A stretch of 48,745 nt of DNA, the filler included, from Sphacelaria rigidula (lineage: Eukaryota): NCBI GenBank assembly GCA_964200075.2. It is 2 parts of 2 records of this genome, joined end to end, with 100 filler letters (N's around TTAATTAATTAA, not from the genome) between each part and the next. Parts side by side here need not be neighbours in the genome. Positions count along the whole stretch, not along the records: positions 1 to 24,331 come from CAXNAA020000209.1; 1 more part is not named here. The stretch is one strand, 5' to 3'. Both the position numbers and the translations under genes were made by a program. Positions 1-12,400 of the stretch are shown here, one piece after another. The notes under the pieces were generated by a model. The model was not told the DNA's origin, ran no database searches, and saw nothing but the letters and a program-made list of their open reading frames with translations. Each line of letters opens with the position of its first letter. Position 1 is the stretch's first letter.

Positions 1-104
1 GTGTCCGTCTCCGTTTCCGAGCCGCAAAGGGCAGATCCGGTAACGACGGTCTGACGTTGCCGCCCCCGCATGATGCCGTTCGGGCTGGTGTGTCGGCAAG
101 GTGT

Positions 105-2389
105 TCACACGTGCTCGTTGGACCTGCGTGAGGTCCGGCACACAAGAGATCCGCATGCATCGTTGGATCTTCCGGGTCTTCGGGCCAACCAACACGGGGG
201 CTACGCTCTTCTGGTTGTTGGGTTTCGGCCTTTTCTTGGCGGCGTGGGTGTAGTTGTACCGAAAATGTCTATATGGTTGTGACTGCTCGGCGTAACTTGT
301 GCTGAGACGGCGGTACGGTCACCACTTCACAAAAAAAGGCTCACCACTTCACAGAAAAGGGACAACAGTAGAACAAAAAGGAGTCAAGTGTAACTTTTTA
401 ACTGGGGGCAAGGTGTGCCCTCCTGTTTTGCTTACAAAAAAGGGTACTCTCCCAGGCTCTCATTTTCGCCGCGGTAGTTCAGCCCAGTAACACTTGTGAA
501 AATGAAAAACAATGATCAGGTATGCTACCCAGGGACCTTGGGCGTGAGGTTGGTGCGCTGGAACGTGTTTTCGAGGTGTTCAGCCCGCGTGCAGCGCCGC
601 GCCCCAAGCGGAAAAGGCGCTACCCTTTTGTTGCTCCAAAAGCGTCAGGGTGTACCCTTTTTTGTATATTGCCCTTTTTTCTCCCCCAAGCTTAATTTTC
701 GGAGAAATCTGAAAAATTCGGAATGCAACGCAGCACTTCGGAGAGGTGCCCAGTGAATCCGCCGTGTTGCTCGGGAGCATTCGAGAATCACCGGGTGCCT
801 TGCCAGTCCCGACAGTTTCGGCGATCTCTGAAAAAACAGTGTGTCGATAATCGTAGACCTTGCACGATCGGCAATTTCGAGGTGTGTATGCCTATGTGTT
901 TCCAACTGTTTGAGATAGATGGGCAAATAATAGTCCGCCTGCTTGTTTGTCGCAGCGTCGATCCGTGAGTCGAGCTTCCACAGTGAAAAACAAGACCAAC
1001 TTGAGTGACATTTGGTCACGTTTCGCTCGTGGATAATCGGGGTGAACGTTATTAGGGGATAAACGCAGTGGGATACAACGGACACAACACGGGATATTAC
1101 GCATTAGGGATGGATTATTGTTGGGGATGAGAGCCCGGAGAATTAAAATATTCGTGTCCACACCAAATCTTCGAAACATGGTTCCATTTTTTCACTTGCT
1201 GGTAGCTATTGACAACTGCTACACGCCATACAAAATTGGACTTCGATAACCGAAATGTCGGGGTCCTAGGTGGAAGCCAATTTTGGGGTAAAAACCAGTT
1301 TTGGGGTCGGATCGAATCATCTAAATCCCCCTAAATTGTTTTTCACCTTGGACCCCGACATTTCGGTTATCGAAATCCAAAGTTGTATGGCGTGTAGTAG
1401 TTGTCGATAGCTACCAGCAAGTGAAGGAATGCAACCATACCTCGAAGATGTGGTGTGGATACGAAGATTTTAATTCTGTGGGTTTGCATCCTCAATAAAA
1501 AAGCCATCCCCAATTTGTAAAATCTCGTGTTACACGGGGACGGATACGGAGACCATGCGGTTCGAAAATGATTTGAACCTTGTACGTGGCGACTCTGAGA
1601 ATGACGCCGGGCGCTGGGAGCAACCTGGGACGACGGAAAATATGCAGAAATGTTCTGGGCGCCACTGTACAGTGGGCGACAGTGCACCTCAAAAATCGTC
1701 GTTGTGTGATATGTTACTACTACTGAGAAATCGCCACAAGTGGAACAGAGCACGTGCGCACACACGGAACGCAGAAAGAGCCACCGCTCCCACCCTTCCT
1801 CTACCAGAAAGAGCCAAAAATAGCGCATGTGGGGAGGGAAACACAGACCGATAAACGAAGCGACGGATAAACACGCTATAAGTCGCGAAAGAAATCGCTT
1901 CTTTGATGAACACAAAGAATAAGGCGAGCTGGGATTCGAATCAAGCGCGGGACAAACGAGCGCGAAACAGGGGATAAAACATTTGGACAAATTCTTTTCA
2001 TCAAAACCAAAAAAACATATGATAATCAGTGGTGGTGGAAAAAAATATGCTCGACGCTGTCGTAGAGCAGGTGAAAAGAGTATTCCCAACAAATATCAGC
2101 CCGATAAATTCCAAACAATTGTTTGCCGCTGTCGCAACTCGCCGACGAGCTTTTTCAGACACTATACTCGAACTTTCATCGGACTCAGCAGCTCCCCAAC
2201 GACCGCACGAGAAACAATGCACATGTAACACATAAATGGCCCGAAAGGAACTATTTGGTATTGTAACGTATTCTCTGGTTATTCACTCTGACCGTGTAAC
2301 ATCTCGTCTGCTACGACCCCTTCGAAAAAACGCAAATCCTGAGTCTTCACATTCGGCGCGAGGAAGGTGAGCAATCTCCGAATTCTCTT
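105..2389 (-). CDS. Candidate small spliced gene of unknown function, 5' end unresolved. Exons 2293-2389, 1849-1900, 1579-1624, 859-974, 105-123; possible upstream exon 2523-2594
   Basis: Four GT-AG junctions chain in compatible phases to give KRIRRLLTFLAPNVKTQDLRFFEGVVADEMLHEAISFATYSVFIRRFVYRLLPAPGVILRVATYKLDSRIDAATNKQADYYLPIYLKQLETHRHTHLEIADRARSNEHV*. Donors are weak (GTC/GTT) and no family was recognised. Confidence 0.45.
1085..1533. mobile_element. Foldback element, ~450-bp imperfect palindrome
   Basis: Arms of ~200 nt; perfect 25-bp pairing of 1242-1266 (ttcgataaccgaaatgtcggggtcc) with 1350-1374. Confidence 0.85.
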
Positions 2390-3499
2390 CTTTGATGAAA
2401 AAAAAAAGGTACTTCAGGCGCACCTGTCTCAAGTCGGCAGCAAATACCCAAAGAATCCGCCGCAATACGCAAGTCCTGCTGCACAATCTCCCAGCCCAGC
2501 GAACGTTTACGCTGGAGCCTACCGTTTTCCACAACCGCTGATCAACACACGCATTCCAATATGAGTACTGCGAGCGCCTTCGTGACTTCAGGAGCTGACC
2601 ACCTCGCAACCGTTCCCACCCGCACCATAAGTAGGAGTTCAGGAAGTATAATTAGGCACCCGGAAGCAAAATTATGCATTTGATTGCGCTCCACGGTCTG
2701 GCTCTCGCAACGCCAGACTGAAAGAACCGCTCACTCGAACGACACATAATATAGCCCATCCCACCGTTGCGTTATGATGTTCAAGAACAAATCATTTGTA
2801 AAACAAGTATGGGTGAAACCTTTCCTGATCCTCGAATCGACTAGCACACTAGCACACCGGGGTGATACAAGACAAAAAAACGAACGTTTGACTTCCAAAA
2901 ACAATCCCGAGGTAGGTACCAAGCCAACAGAACGAACAGGACGTCACGGGACGAGAAAAAGGGTCGACTGCGTCGGACAAAAGACAGCACGCCACCCTAC
3001 TTGATACACACTTGCAACACGCGACACACCCATCATTCAACCTCACAGCGCCCTGTACCCTCCAACACAAAATCGCAACTTCTGCTCCTCATGCGCGTGC
3101 ACCATCCCTACACACGAAACCCCAGTGTTCTCCTTCCCCCCGCTTCGTTCCTTCGTTCGTCCTCTTTTGCCCCCCCCCCTCCTGGCCTCCCCCCTCCCCT
3201 TCAATCCGCGCGACCTCCGTCCCACAATCTTCAATAAAGATACCTAGATGAAACAATTCATAATATATACGTGGCCGGAACTGGATCGGCTACGCAAGCA
3301 TCCATTACATAGCAGAGCCACAATCACGGATCATCGGGGACTACATTTTTCCCATCTCTTTCTACTGCGCAAGATCCAAAGCTGCAGTTACATGTTTGGA
3401 TCCAAAGCAGCAGTTCCTGCTATGCCTGAAAACGTGAATTCGTGCGGCTGGAGTCGATTCGCCCGAGACCCGCTACCGTGTCGGGCAACGGGCTATTGT

Positions 3500-6400
3500 T
3501 CATTTGATAACCACGATCTGCTTGCTCCACCACTCCTCCATGGTCTTTTCCAGAAATCCTGCTTGGAATCCACTCTTCGAAGTCATGGACACCTTCTCTC
3601 TCTGCACCGCGTACACCCCGGAAAAGGCCGAGGTTTCCACCGTGAGCACCACATAGCCTTAACAATAATAGAATCAGAGAGGAGTGGGAAGGGGGTAGGA
3701 AGGCAGGGCAGCAAGAAATCCAAAATAAAATGTAGCAAAGCACGATGTGCGGTTTGAAAAAATCACAGCAGAGTACAGAGGAGGACAGGAAAAGCAAACT
3801 GGAACCCGCTGTCCGCACTGCACTGTGCATCCGTGTAACAGCGTAGTTCAGGAGGTCAGCCACAAGCACATCTTTTCTTCGTGATGCGACCCGCACACAT
3901 AATGAAGTGGGCACTCGCGTGCAAAGCCGTGCACCCTTGTGTACTGGACGTACTCCCCAAAAATTGAGTAACAACAACCTAAAAGTTGAACACGTGCAGC
4001 CAAGACGCGTTCGGTGATGGCGAGAACCGTACACATCTCGAAAAAAATCACACCGTGGACAATACATGGTCAATAGATGCAATAGGCAAACGGTCAATAG
4101 ATTCCACAGACAAGAAACGTACTGCATAAAGTATAGGCCCATTGCAACTATTGCCGGCCGGCATTGGTCGCAACAAGCCTATACTTTATGCAGTACGTTT
4201 CTTGTCTATTGCAACTATAATCTTGATCATATATTGTCCAAGGTGTGAAAAAGATACAAAATGTACCTTTCTTGAGGATGTTGGACTGTTGGTGGCCCCA
4301 ACCAAAGAGGATAGCCACGCCACCGGGCTTGAGCTGGTGAGTGTCGCGATCGCACATGGGGCCCAACAGCAAGCGGTAGCCAAGCCCGTCTCGCCTCCTA
4401 TAACCGAGCAAAGTGAACACAAAAACAGGAAGCAACAGAAGAATGCGAAAGAAAAAGACAAGGGCGATGAAACAAGTGACCGCAAAATCACCGGCACAAG
4501 CAATTTTGACGTACAGGCTGGTTCAGGGTGAACGATCGGAATTCAACTCCCCAGGAATCCTCCACGCCCTTTATGCGAGTTAGACGCTGAATCTTTGCAC
4601 ACAGATGCCCTGATATACCTAGAAGGACCGTTATGAATATTGGCTTTCGAGTTCTTGTTTTTTCGCCAGATATCCGGGGTCCCAGGAGGCGGAGTGAGAC
4701 ACCGCCTCTGGAACCCCTAATATCTGGCGAGGAACAAAAAATCAAAAAGCTCCATTCATACAGTTTTTCTCAATATCTAAGAGCACACGCGTGCAAAAAT
4801 TCGGGATGTAACTCGCGAACACGACGTGAAGGATTCCCCGTATGTGCGTTGAAATATACAGATATACGCAGAATTTCCCCAATTGATTATAGTATGCTAC
4901 CGACGTTTTCCTTCTGCGCCTGAGCTCACGCTGGCGGGTTGGGATCAGTCTTTTGAGTTACGCGACGAAACTGCGTACAAAAGTTCCTTGGACTACCTCG
5001 GGAAGAGCAAAATTTGATTGTTTCATTTTGAGGCAGTCTGTACCGGCTTCCTGTGGTCTCCACGCTGGGACCCTCGAAAGGTGGTAGAGAGCGGTTACTT
5101 TTCTTCAATGGTCCGTTTTCCCATTTGTAGCACTTATATCTACCAAATTACCAAGTTTAAGGATGATCGGAGCTTTTCTCCGAAAGTTACAGCGGAAAAC
5201 GTTCAGAGATTTCCAGGGTCTTCGATGCATATCATCAGTGGAAATCCGAGACCAAGTCCTACATCACCGAAATATCCCGTTTTGGAGTATAACTGGATCC
5301 CAAACACTTTATTTAAAAACTGATTTGGTTTTTGGGTTGGGATTCCTAGCTGATGGTGGTTACTAAGATTTGACTTGTAATGATTTTGGGTGCAGATTGT
5401 GGCGGGAATTTGCTTTTCTAATTGCAGAACAATTTGAAGACCCCTGATTGGCCAATCAACATTCTTACTGCCTACGCCACGGCAAAGGACGCAATAAAAA
5501 ACTGGCGATGTCACACTCTTTGCTTGCTCGTGGGGGTGACTATGATACTAAAAGTTTCCATCAGGTCAGTTTTGCGTTCTGTGTCTAGTGAGAATAATAT
5601 TTTGGACATTCACGCCGGGCCTGGCACCCATTGCGAAAATAACGGCATACAAAACGACTCGGGGGGGGCGCAAAATTTGGTTGCGAAAGAGGAAGTCACC
5701 ACTTGTGCAACAATGGGCAGTCTCTCCAGACATGGACGCGTGTTGACATGCAGTTGCACACACAAGCAGAAGTCCATCAAGACGAAACTAGTGAAAGTCC
5801 GCGAGACGTACAAAAACGGGTACTGAACTGTCGATTTTTTTATTATAGTGGTTATAAGACAGTCGCCACCCAAGATACAGAAAAAAAGAAAACGCCCTGA
5901 CCTGATGTTGTGGAACTGGACGTTCGAAGCGGTGGCATTGATGAAGACCACGCACACGCAACGGCTAGCACCGAGGCCCGTGTTGTTGCTATCCCTGTAT
6001 AGAAAGGAACAGATGACCCACGCAATACGCAGGCAGTGCACACGCCGTGATATATACATGGCTGACTTGACATGCGCTGCACGCTTCCCGTTACGCACGA
6101 CCATCCGCAATTTACACAGTGGGCTACCCTCTACCACTTGCGTGCGTGTCAACCAACCCAGCACGGTACCTTCCGCGGCGCTACTTCACTCCTTCCGAAG
6201 TGGGGTATACTACAATTCTTCCGCGCTGGAAAGACAGTCGGGCCGACAGATCGGAACGCCTGCCGCCCTGCAGTCAACGTTGCATCAATGATGATCGGGA
6301 AACCCAACATACACAGAGGGACCGTTTTACACTGAATCGAACACAGCGAGGACGGAATGATAAAATACCCAATGCATGTAACTTCACCAGTTTTGAACGA

Positions 6401-9400
6401 GCTCCCACGCAATCATGTCCAAGCGACACCAGTTTCCCACTCCTACGCTCTGCAGCTGTTTCTCCGCGCGATTCAGGATCTTCGTCGACGAAACGACAAA
6501 ACGTGAGAGCGAAGGAAACGCAACAGGAAAAACACACGAAACATATGGCACGTGAAAATCGAACCCAATGAAAAAAAAAAAAAACATGAGCGCAGGCAGC
6601 ATGATAAGCTGAAACGCGAACACGGGAAGGCTTGAGATGATGCATTTCCGTACACGTGTTATGGCCGCAGCGCACTGATTTTATCTATCTAGCCAGTATA
6701 GCCGTGCTTGACAATTGTCAAATCTATGACAGAATTACCCTAATCTCCCCTATATACTCATTACGACACCATGAAGTGTGGTCTCGACCGAGGGTATGAA
6801 TGCCTAGTACTGGGGGGAATCGCGGGGCGTCGGTGCAACCACATTCCCTCGTTTCATCTCGATTGTGATTAGTTACCCCCCCCCCCCCCCCCAAACATTT
6901 GTTTGAATTTAAAACTCCCCACTGAAGGAGGNNNNNNNNNNGGGCCTCCAGTTAAACCCCTTCCCTCCTTTTCACTCCGATTGTGATTAGTTCCCCCCCC
7001 CCCCCCCCAGAAAATATGTTATTGAATTACAGTCTGCTACTGAAAGAGGGTTGAAGTATTACGACAGTACGCACGAGCACCGACAGCCCAGAGTAAAACA
7101 AACAAGCTGAAGCCTAAGCGGGTGGCTGTCTACCGAGTTTGCCCGCTGTGGACATTAGGCAAAAGGGTAGAGAGCATATCCAGGTGCGTCTTCTGCACTC
7201 CAATTGGCGGGGTCCATACTCAATAGCGAATGCGTGTTCTCCGAACGGAAGGGCGACCAAATGATACCAGTCTCCGCTCAAACGGCAAGTATGGAAAGAT
7301 TAACGCGTGTCTTCCTCCAGCGGAACACAAGGTGTGGTGGCATTCGTCGGCAAACCTGAGTGGAGAGCTTGTCCAAAGCTCACCCATGAGGGTATAGTTC
7401 ATGAGATGTGGCCTTCAATGGGTGTTTCGGTCAACGTTGGGGTAAAGGGATTCAATGTACACCCATGTCAAGTGAAAACACCCTTCCCTTCCGTGTTTTA
7501 CAGCATCGTCGATTGACCGCAACGACGCTATAAAACACGCCACTCACGGCGTAAGCTAGGGAACCAGGTTATCGTTTCTTCTCGCTGGTGCTTTTGTGTG
7601 ATAACCAATGATGGTGGCCGACTTAGATCTTACTGTGCGACTCGGAGAACGTCAACTCCGAGCGAAGGGGACGCTCGTAATACGCTGTGTTGAAATGGTG
7701 AGACACCCATGAGGCAGTGTGACCCTTGGCTGTCTCTGGAAGTGGCGATCCCACAGAATAAAGCAATTCATACGAGGCTTGTCATTCACATGGAGCATGA
7801 CTCGTATGCCTCGGGTCGAACAATCTTCGCAGCATGCAGGTCATTCCTCACGCCACTCGCCGAACACACTACGGGGCTTCGTGCTTGGTGACCGCGAGCC
7901 TGGTTTGGCAAAAACCCGGCCTGCTCGGTCCCAGCCTTGTAGGGATGAGAAGTCAATGGCCTCATGACTACAGCATGCAAGACCATGAGTACATCACCTA
8001 CCCCCTTTATCTCTCCTCGGCAAATCAATCCTGGATCACTAGGTATAGACGTCGCTTCCGTAATGTTGCTCTCTCCCGGAGGAGGGTGCATAATAAATAA
8101 CGGGTCGCAGCGACGAACACCAAAAAGACAAGATACACGAACGCAACCGGCAACATACAGAGAACGGTCCTAAGGACCACATACCTGAGTGTCACTGAGC
8201 CGGAGGTACGGCACCTCCATGCGGTTGACCGACCCGAACACGTGATCATCAAGAGACTGCTGAACGGCGTTGCTGTGTGCTCTCATCGTCACCGTGGATG
8301 ATGACATCTTTTCGAGTCGGTGTTGGGGGAGGGGAGGGAGAGGACAAGCACGCACGACAAAAAACAAAGAGAGCCGGTGTAGCAAATGTGGGTAGAACAA
8401 AGAGAGCGGACCTCCGCAGTATAGACTGCGAGATAAGATGCCCCCCCAAAAACTGATCGGGGATCAAATACAAAACGCACCTCGCGTTCGCCTTCTGCCC
8501 CAAAAATATCTTGCGGAGACTTCATGCCTGTGGGATCGCCCATCTTCTCCCTGTGTTGGTAGAATTGACAGTAGAGCTCCTCCCTAAAACAATCACCATC
8601 AACGAGGACAGGTGTACAGGGCGGAGGCAGGCACGTTTAATCATGCTTGCGGCGCAAAACGTAAACCGAGCTGGATGGTCGCATTCGAGTGCAATATATC
8701 CGAGAGACGTTTATACACCGCACGAGAATATCGATATCGCCCAAAACAGAATATTGCTGCTCGACACATGTACGAGTAGCGTTCGAGTGCGAGACATACG
8801 GTGGAAGTACCAAGTAGGAGGGAGCCCATCGAAAAAGACTCATGAAGCACCTGCTAGCCTCCGAGGTAGCCTTGAGGGTGATGTCGCCGCCATCGTAGCG
8901 ACGGATAATCACGCCACGATCGACAGCCTCGACGCGCGATACCTCCTCCCACAACTTGGACACCTGCAGTACCCCCAGCGAACCAGGCCGACCACAGAAC
9001 AGGTTACCGTACGAACAAGAAAGTCGGATAAGGCTTCAAATTTCAGCGGGTATTCCCACGTATCATTCTAGAAATCCATGGCGCTCAAATCACTGGTACC
9101 GAATTAGAAGAGGGCGAATGTTCCGATGAGAACATAGAAAAAGTGCGCACTATTCTCCTTCTACTTTGATGTTGCACCCGCTTCGAGCTGACCAAAATAC
9201 ACCCAGTAGAGGTCCCCCAAGCACGACGTTTTTTTTACCGTTTCATGTATCTACCGATGCATGCCATCCCTGACTGGGACAGCACAGAAACTCCAGCCCC
9301 AAGAGGACAGCGCGTGGAGAACCGCAGATAGCGAGGGCACCAAACTCACCATCTGCATCGATTTGACCCCTTCCCTTCCGCTGGTGGCCTTGGCCCTCTT

Positions 9401-12400
9401 CAACGAATCGTTCTGACAACAACAACAAATAACAACAACGGAGGAGCGAGGGTGAAGCGCGTCGCGAGGGGAAACGGCTTCATCATCGCAAGCACACACA
9501 CCGGGGGATAGAGGGGCACGCACCAAGAACCGGGAGGGTGGCAAGCTGAAAAGCAATCACACTACCACGCGTCGAGACAACAAGGAATAAAGGAGGCGGG
9601 GAGGATTTTCAATACCCCGGATGAGGAGAAAGCGACAGTCATGAGTAACAACACATTTTGCGCTTGTAAGTCTCGAAGCCAAACGTGTGAACTCATGGAC
9701 CAGGTACGAGAAGGAATTGCTAAAAAATTCGTTTCGCGCGGGACACTGAAAACTTCAAGAGTGGAAACCAAACGAGATTGGATCGTCACTTCATGCAATG
9801 CACGCTTGAGCACTTCATTTACCGGGCGTCTAGAGCGTAAAAACCTTGGTATACCATACGTGAAAGCTTGGGAGTTAGCTCAATTTCATGCCAGTCACCT
9901 TGCACGTCATCGCCATTATTTGACGATCCTTCCCGCGAGGTGATTTTTTACTTTGACATCCATGTCCGTGCTTGGCACTATCCTGCACGCGCTTCGAATT
10001 TGTCAACTGCTGCACACGATATTGGAACAAGATCGGCACTCGAAACTCCACGTGACCTAACTTGGCCGGCTACAAGCCAAGGCAACCCCACCGGCCAAGA
10101 AAACATCCACACGAAGCATTCTGGACACGCTTACGACAAAGGCCAACAAAAGTGTAATAATTTGCCTCAGAGCATGACGCCGTCACGCCCATCAAGTATG
10201 GCACATTTACATCGCAGAAAAAAAATGTTTTCGGAAAAATCGCAACGGATGTGAGGGCGCGCAGCAAGAAGGGGCGTGCGCGCAACGAACTCACAACGCC
10301 ATATATTTCATAACATGATCGGGAACAAGTGGAACTCGATTTGAAGAGTAAATCTACATTTTTAGCCTTCCAATATTGACACCAATTTCCTAGATAAAGC
10401 CAAAACGAGCGAGACGCCGCAAAGCCTGCTAGGTGTCACCCACGTATACACTGTAGTAGAGTCACAAATAAAGCCACGACACTCCAGGAATGAGACGACT
10501 AACGCTTCGTCCAGTAATTACTTCTTTTCAGTGCAGTTGCCTTGTACCGTACGAACCAACCCTCAGCTTCGCCTTTTTCAGCATTGCACCCCGAGTACGC
10601 GTACCGCAGGTACGTGGAGTAGCGCAAAATTCGCCAAGCGACATTTTTACCCTCGGTCAATTTACTGTCTCTTTCAAGCAGTCAGACCTCAGGAATCGTG
10701 GGTTTGGGGATTAGAACCAGCGATGATTGATCGCACCCTTGCGGACACTCTAAATAATGAGGATCCCCTTCTCTTTTCATTATGCATGACTCACCAACTC
10801 TGCAACATAATTGTTTAGCATTCGCCTGCTCGCCTCCTCCACAAGCACAAACCGCACATGAGTTACGGAACATCAACCATTATGGTTCACCCACGAGTCC
10901 TCACTGGTGGTGCGCCCAGTCTTACTTTACCATTTGCGCGATGAAGCGAAAATGTTGACCGGCCTGCATGCTCCATCTTTCTCAAGAAAATGAAAGATTA
11001 ATCAATCCTGTCAAAATCATCACTTCATCTCAATTTTCGCCTCAGCAGTAACCTTCGCATCCCGCATACGTGAACCACCATCCCCTCTTTGCAAGGATGA
11101 TCATCGTCAAGGCACATACCTGACCCCTCTTCACGAGAATCACTCGGGTGTCGGCAAAGATGATGGTGAGGTCAGCGATCGACGTGTGCGATTCGTACTT
11201 CCCGCCTTTGCCGTCTCCTTTACCGTCCACGCCTTTTTCGACCAACGCCTGCAGAGTTTCGTTGATTTGTGTTTTAGGCGGCGTAGCTGTGATCGGCATG
11301 GAAGCACAATCGTGAGCGTGATTGTGTTATGTCATATCCACAGATTTAGCTGATACGTCGTGCAGCTCCGACTAAGTGACGAAGATACCAAATCACAAAC
11401 AAAAATTCCCGCCATTTCACACTTTCCGAAAAAAAAAAATGTATGTATATATATGGACTAACATGCAATATTCTGGTTTTTAGAAATGATGCTTCGTTTG
11501 TTGATTTTGGAACCCCTGGTCCTACGAGTACCTACACTTTGGTTGTTCGACGATTTCAGCAATGAACGAAGGACACCGTTACTGCTGCACTTCAATATTA
11601 CTGTGGGTATATACGCACGTGACACAGCCCCCACCGCAAGCGGCTAAAAGAGACGCCCCTTCCTCATCACTACGAAGTTGATCGACAGCGGATGAAGTCT
11701 GCTTGAACGAGTTTTTTTCTCGTGATGTATAGACTTACACGCACCAACCCACTAGTATTGTGACAGCACGTTTACGTTTATTCTGTAAACGAAGGTCTCC
11801 TCTGAAACGTTTTCTAGTCAGGTCACCGAAAACATGCGCCAACCGCTAATTTTACACAAGCATGTCCACGAATATGTATTGTACTCTCCCCACACCTATT
11901 TATACATAACAAACATGACGAACTACTGTTAACTTCACGTGCAAGTAACTCATGCCGCATCGTAACCTCACCGTGGCTCGCACTATCACTGTGATTGTTA
12001 GTGAAAAACTCCATATTTGCATTTTGGTATCATGCGTATCTTCAAATTGCCGATTTTCTTGACGGCGTTCGTCCCAAAGTACCGCACATCCAACCATGTG
12101 ACTGCCGCAGAGTTTATCTGTTTCATGACTAGAACCGATGGATTGCCATCCCTTTTTTTTCTTCATTTTCCATCCATGAATTAAAACCTGACACCGTCAT
12201 ACATGGACTATTTCACGGTGACACGTAGTATGTAAAGCCACCTACCTGAGCCTCAGCAGCCTCCATGGAGAAGGCGTCGAGGACCAACTGTCCCGTGTCA
12301 GCGTCCCTGCTTAACGCGCGCGGAGGTCTGAGCTGCTCCTGCTTCTGCGCGTCATCCGCCTCGTTGGAGATGCCCTACAACGATTGGACGGACACCGATA

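Noticed and set aside
1367-4142. 241-aa (1367-2092) and 240-aa (3420-4142) minus-strand ORFs
   Set aside because: They run through foldback/MITE and intronic sequence and lack protein-like motifs.
6858-7050. Direct repeat with poly-C runs either side of a 10-N gap
   Set aside because: Most likely redundant low-quality contig ends rather than a real duplication.
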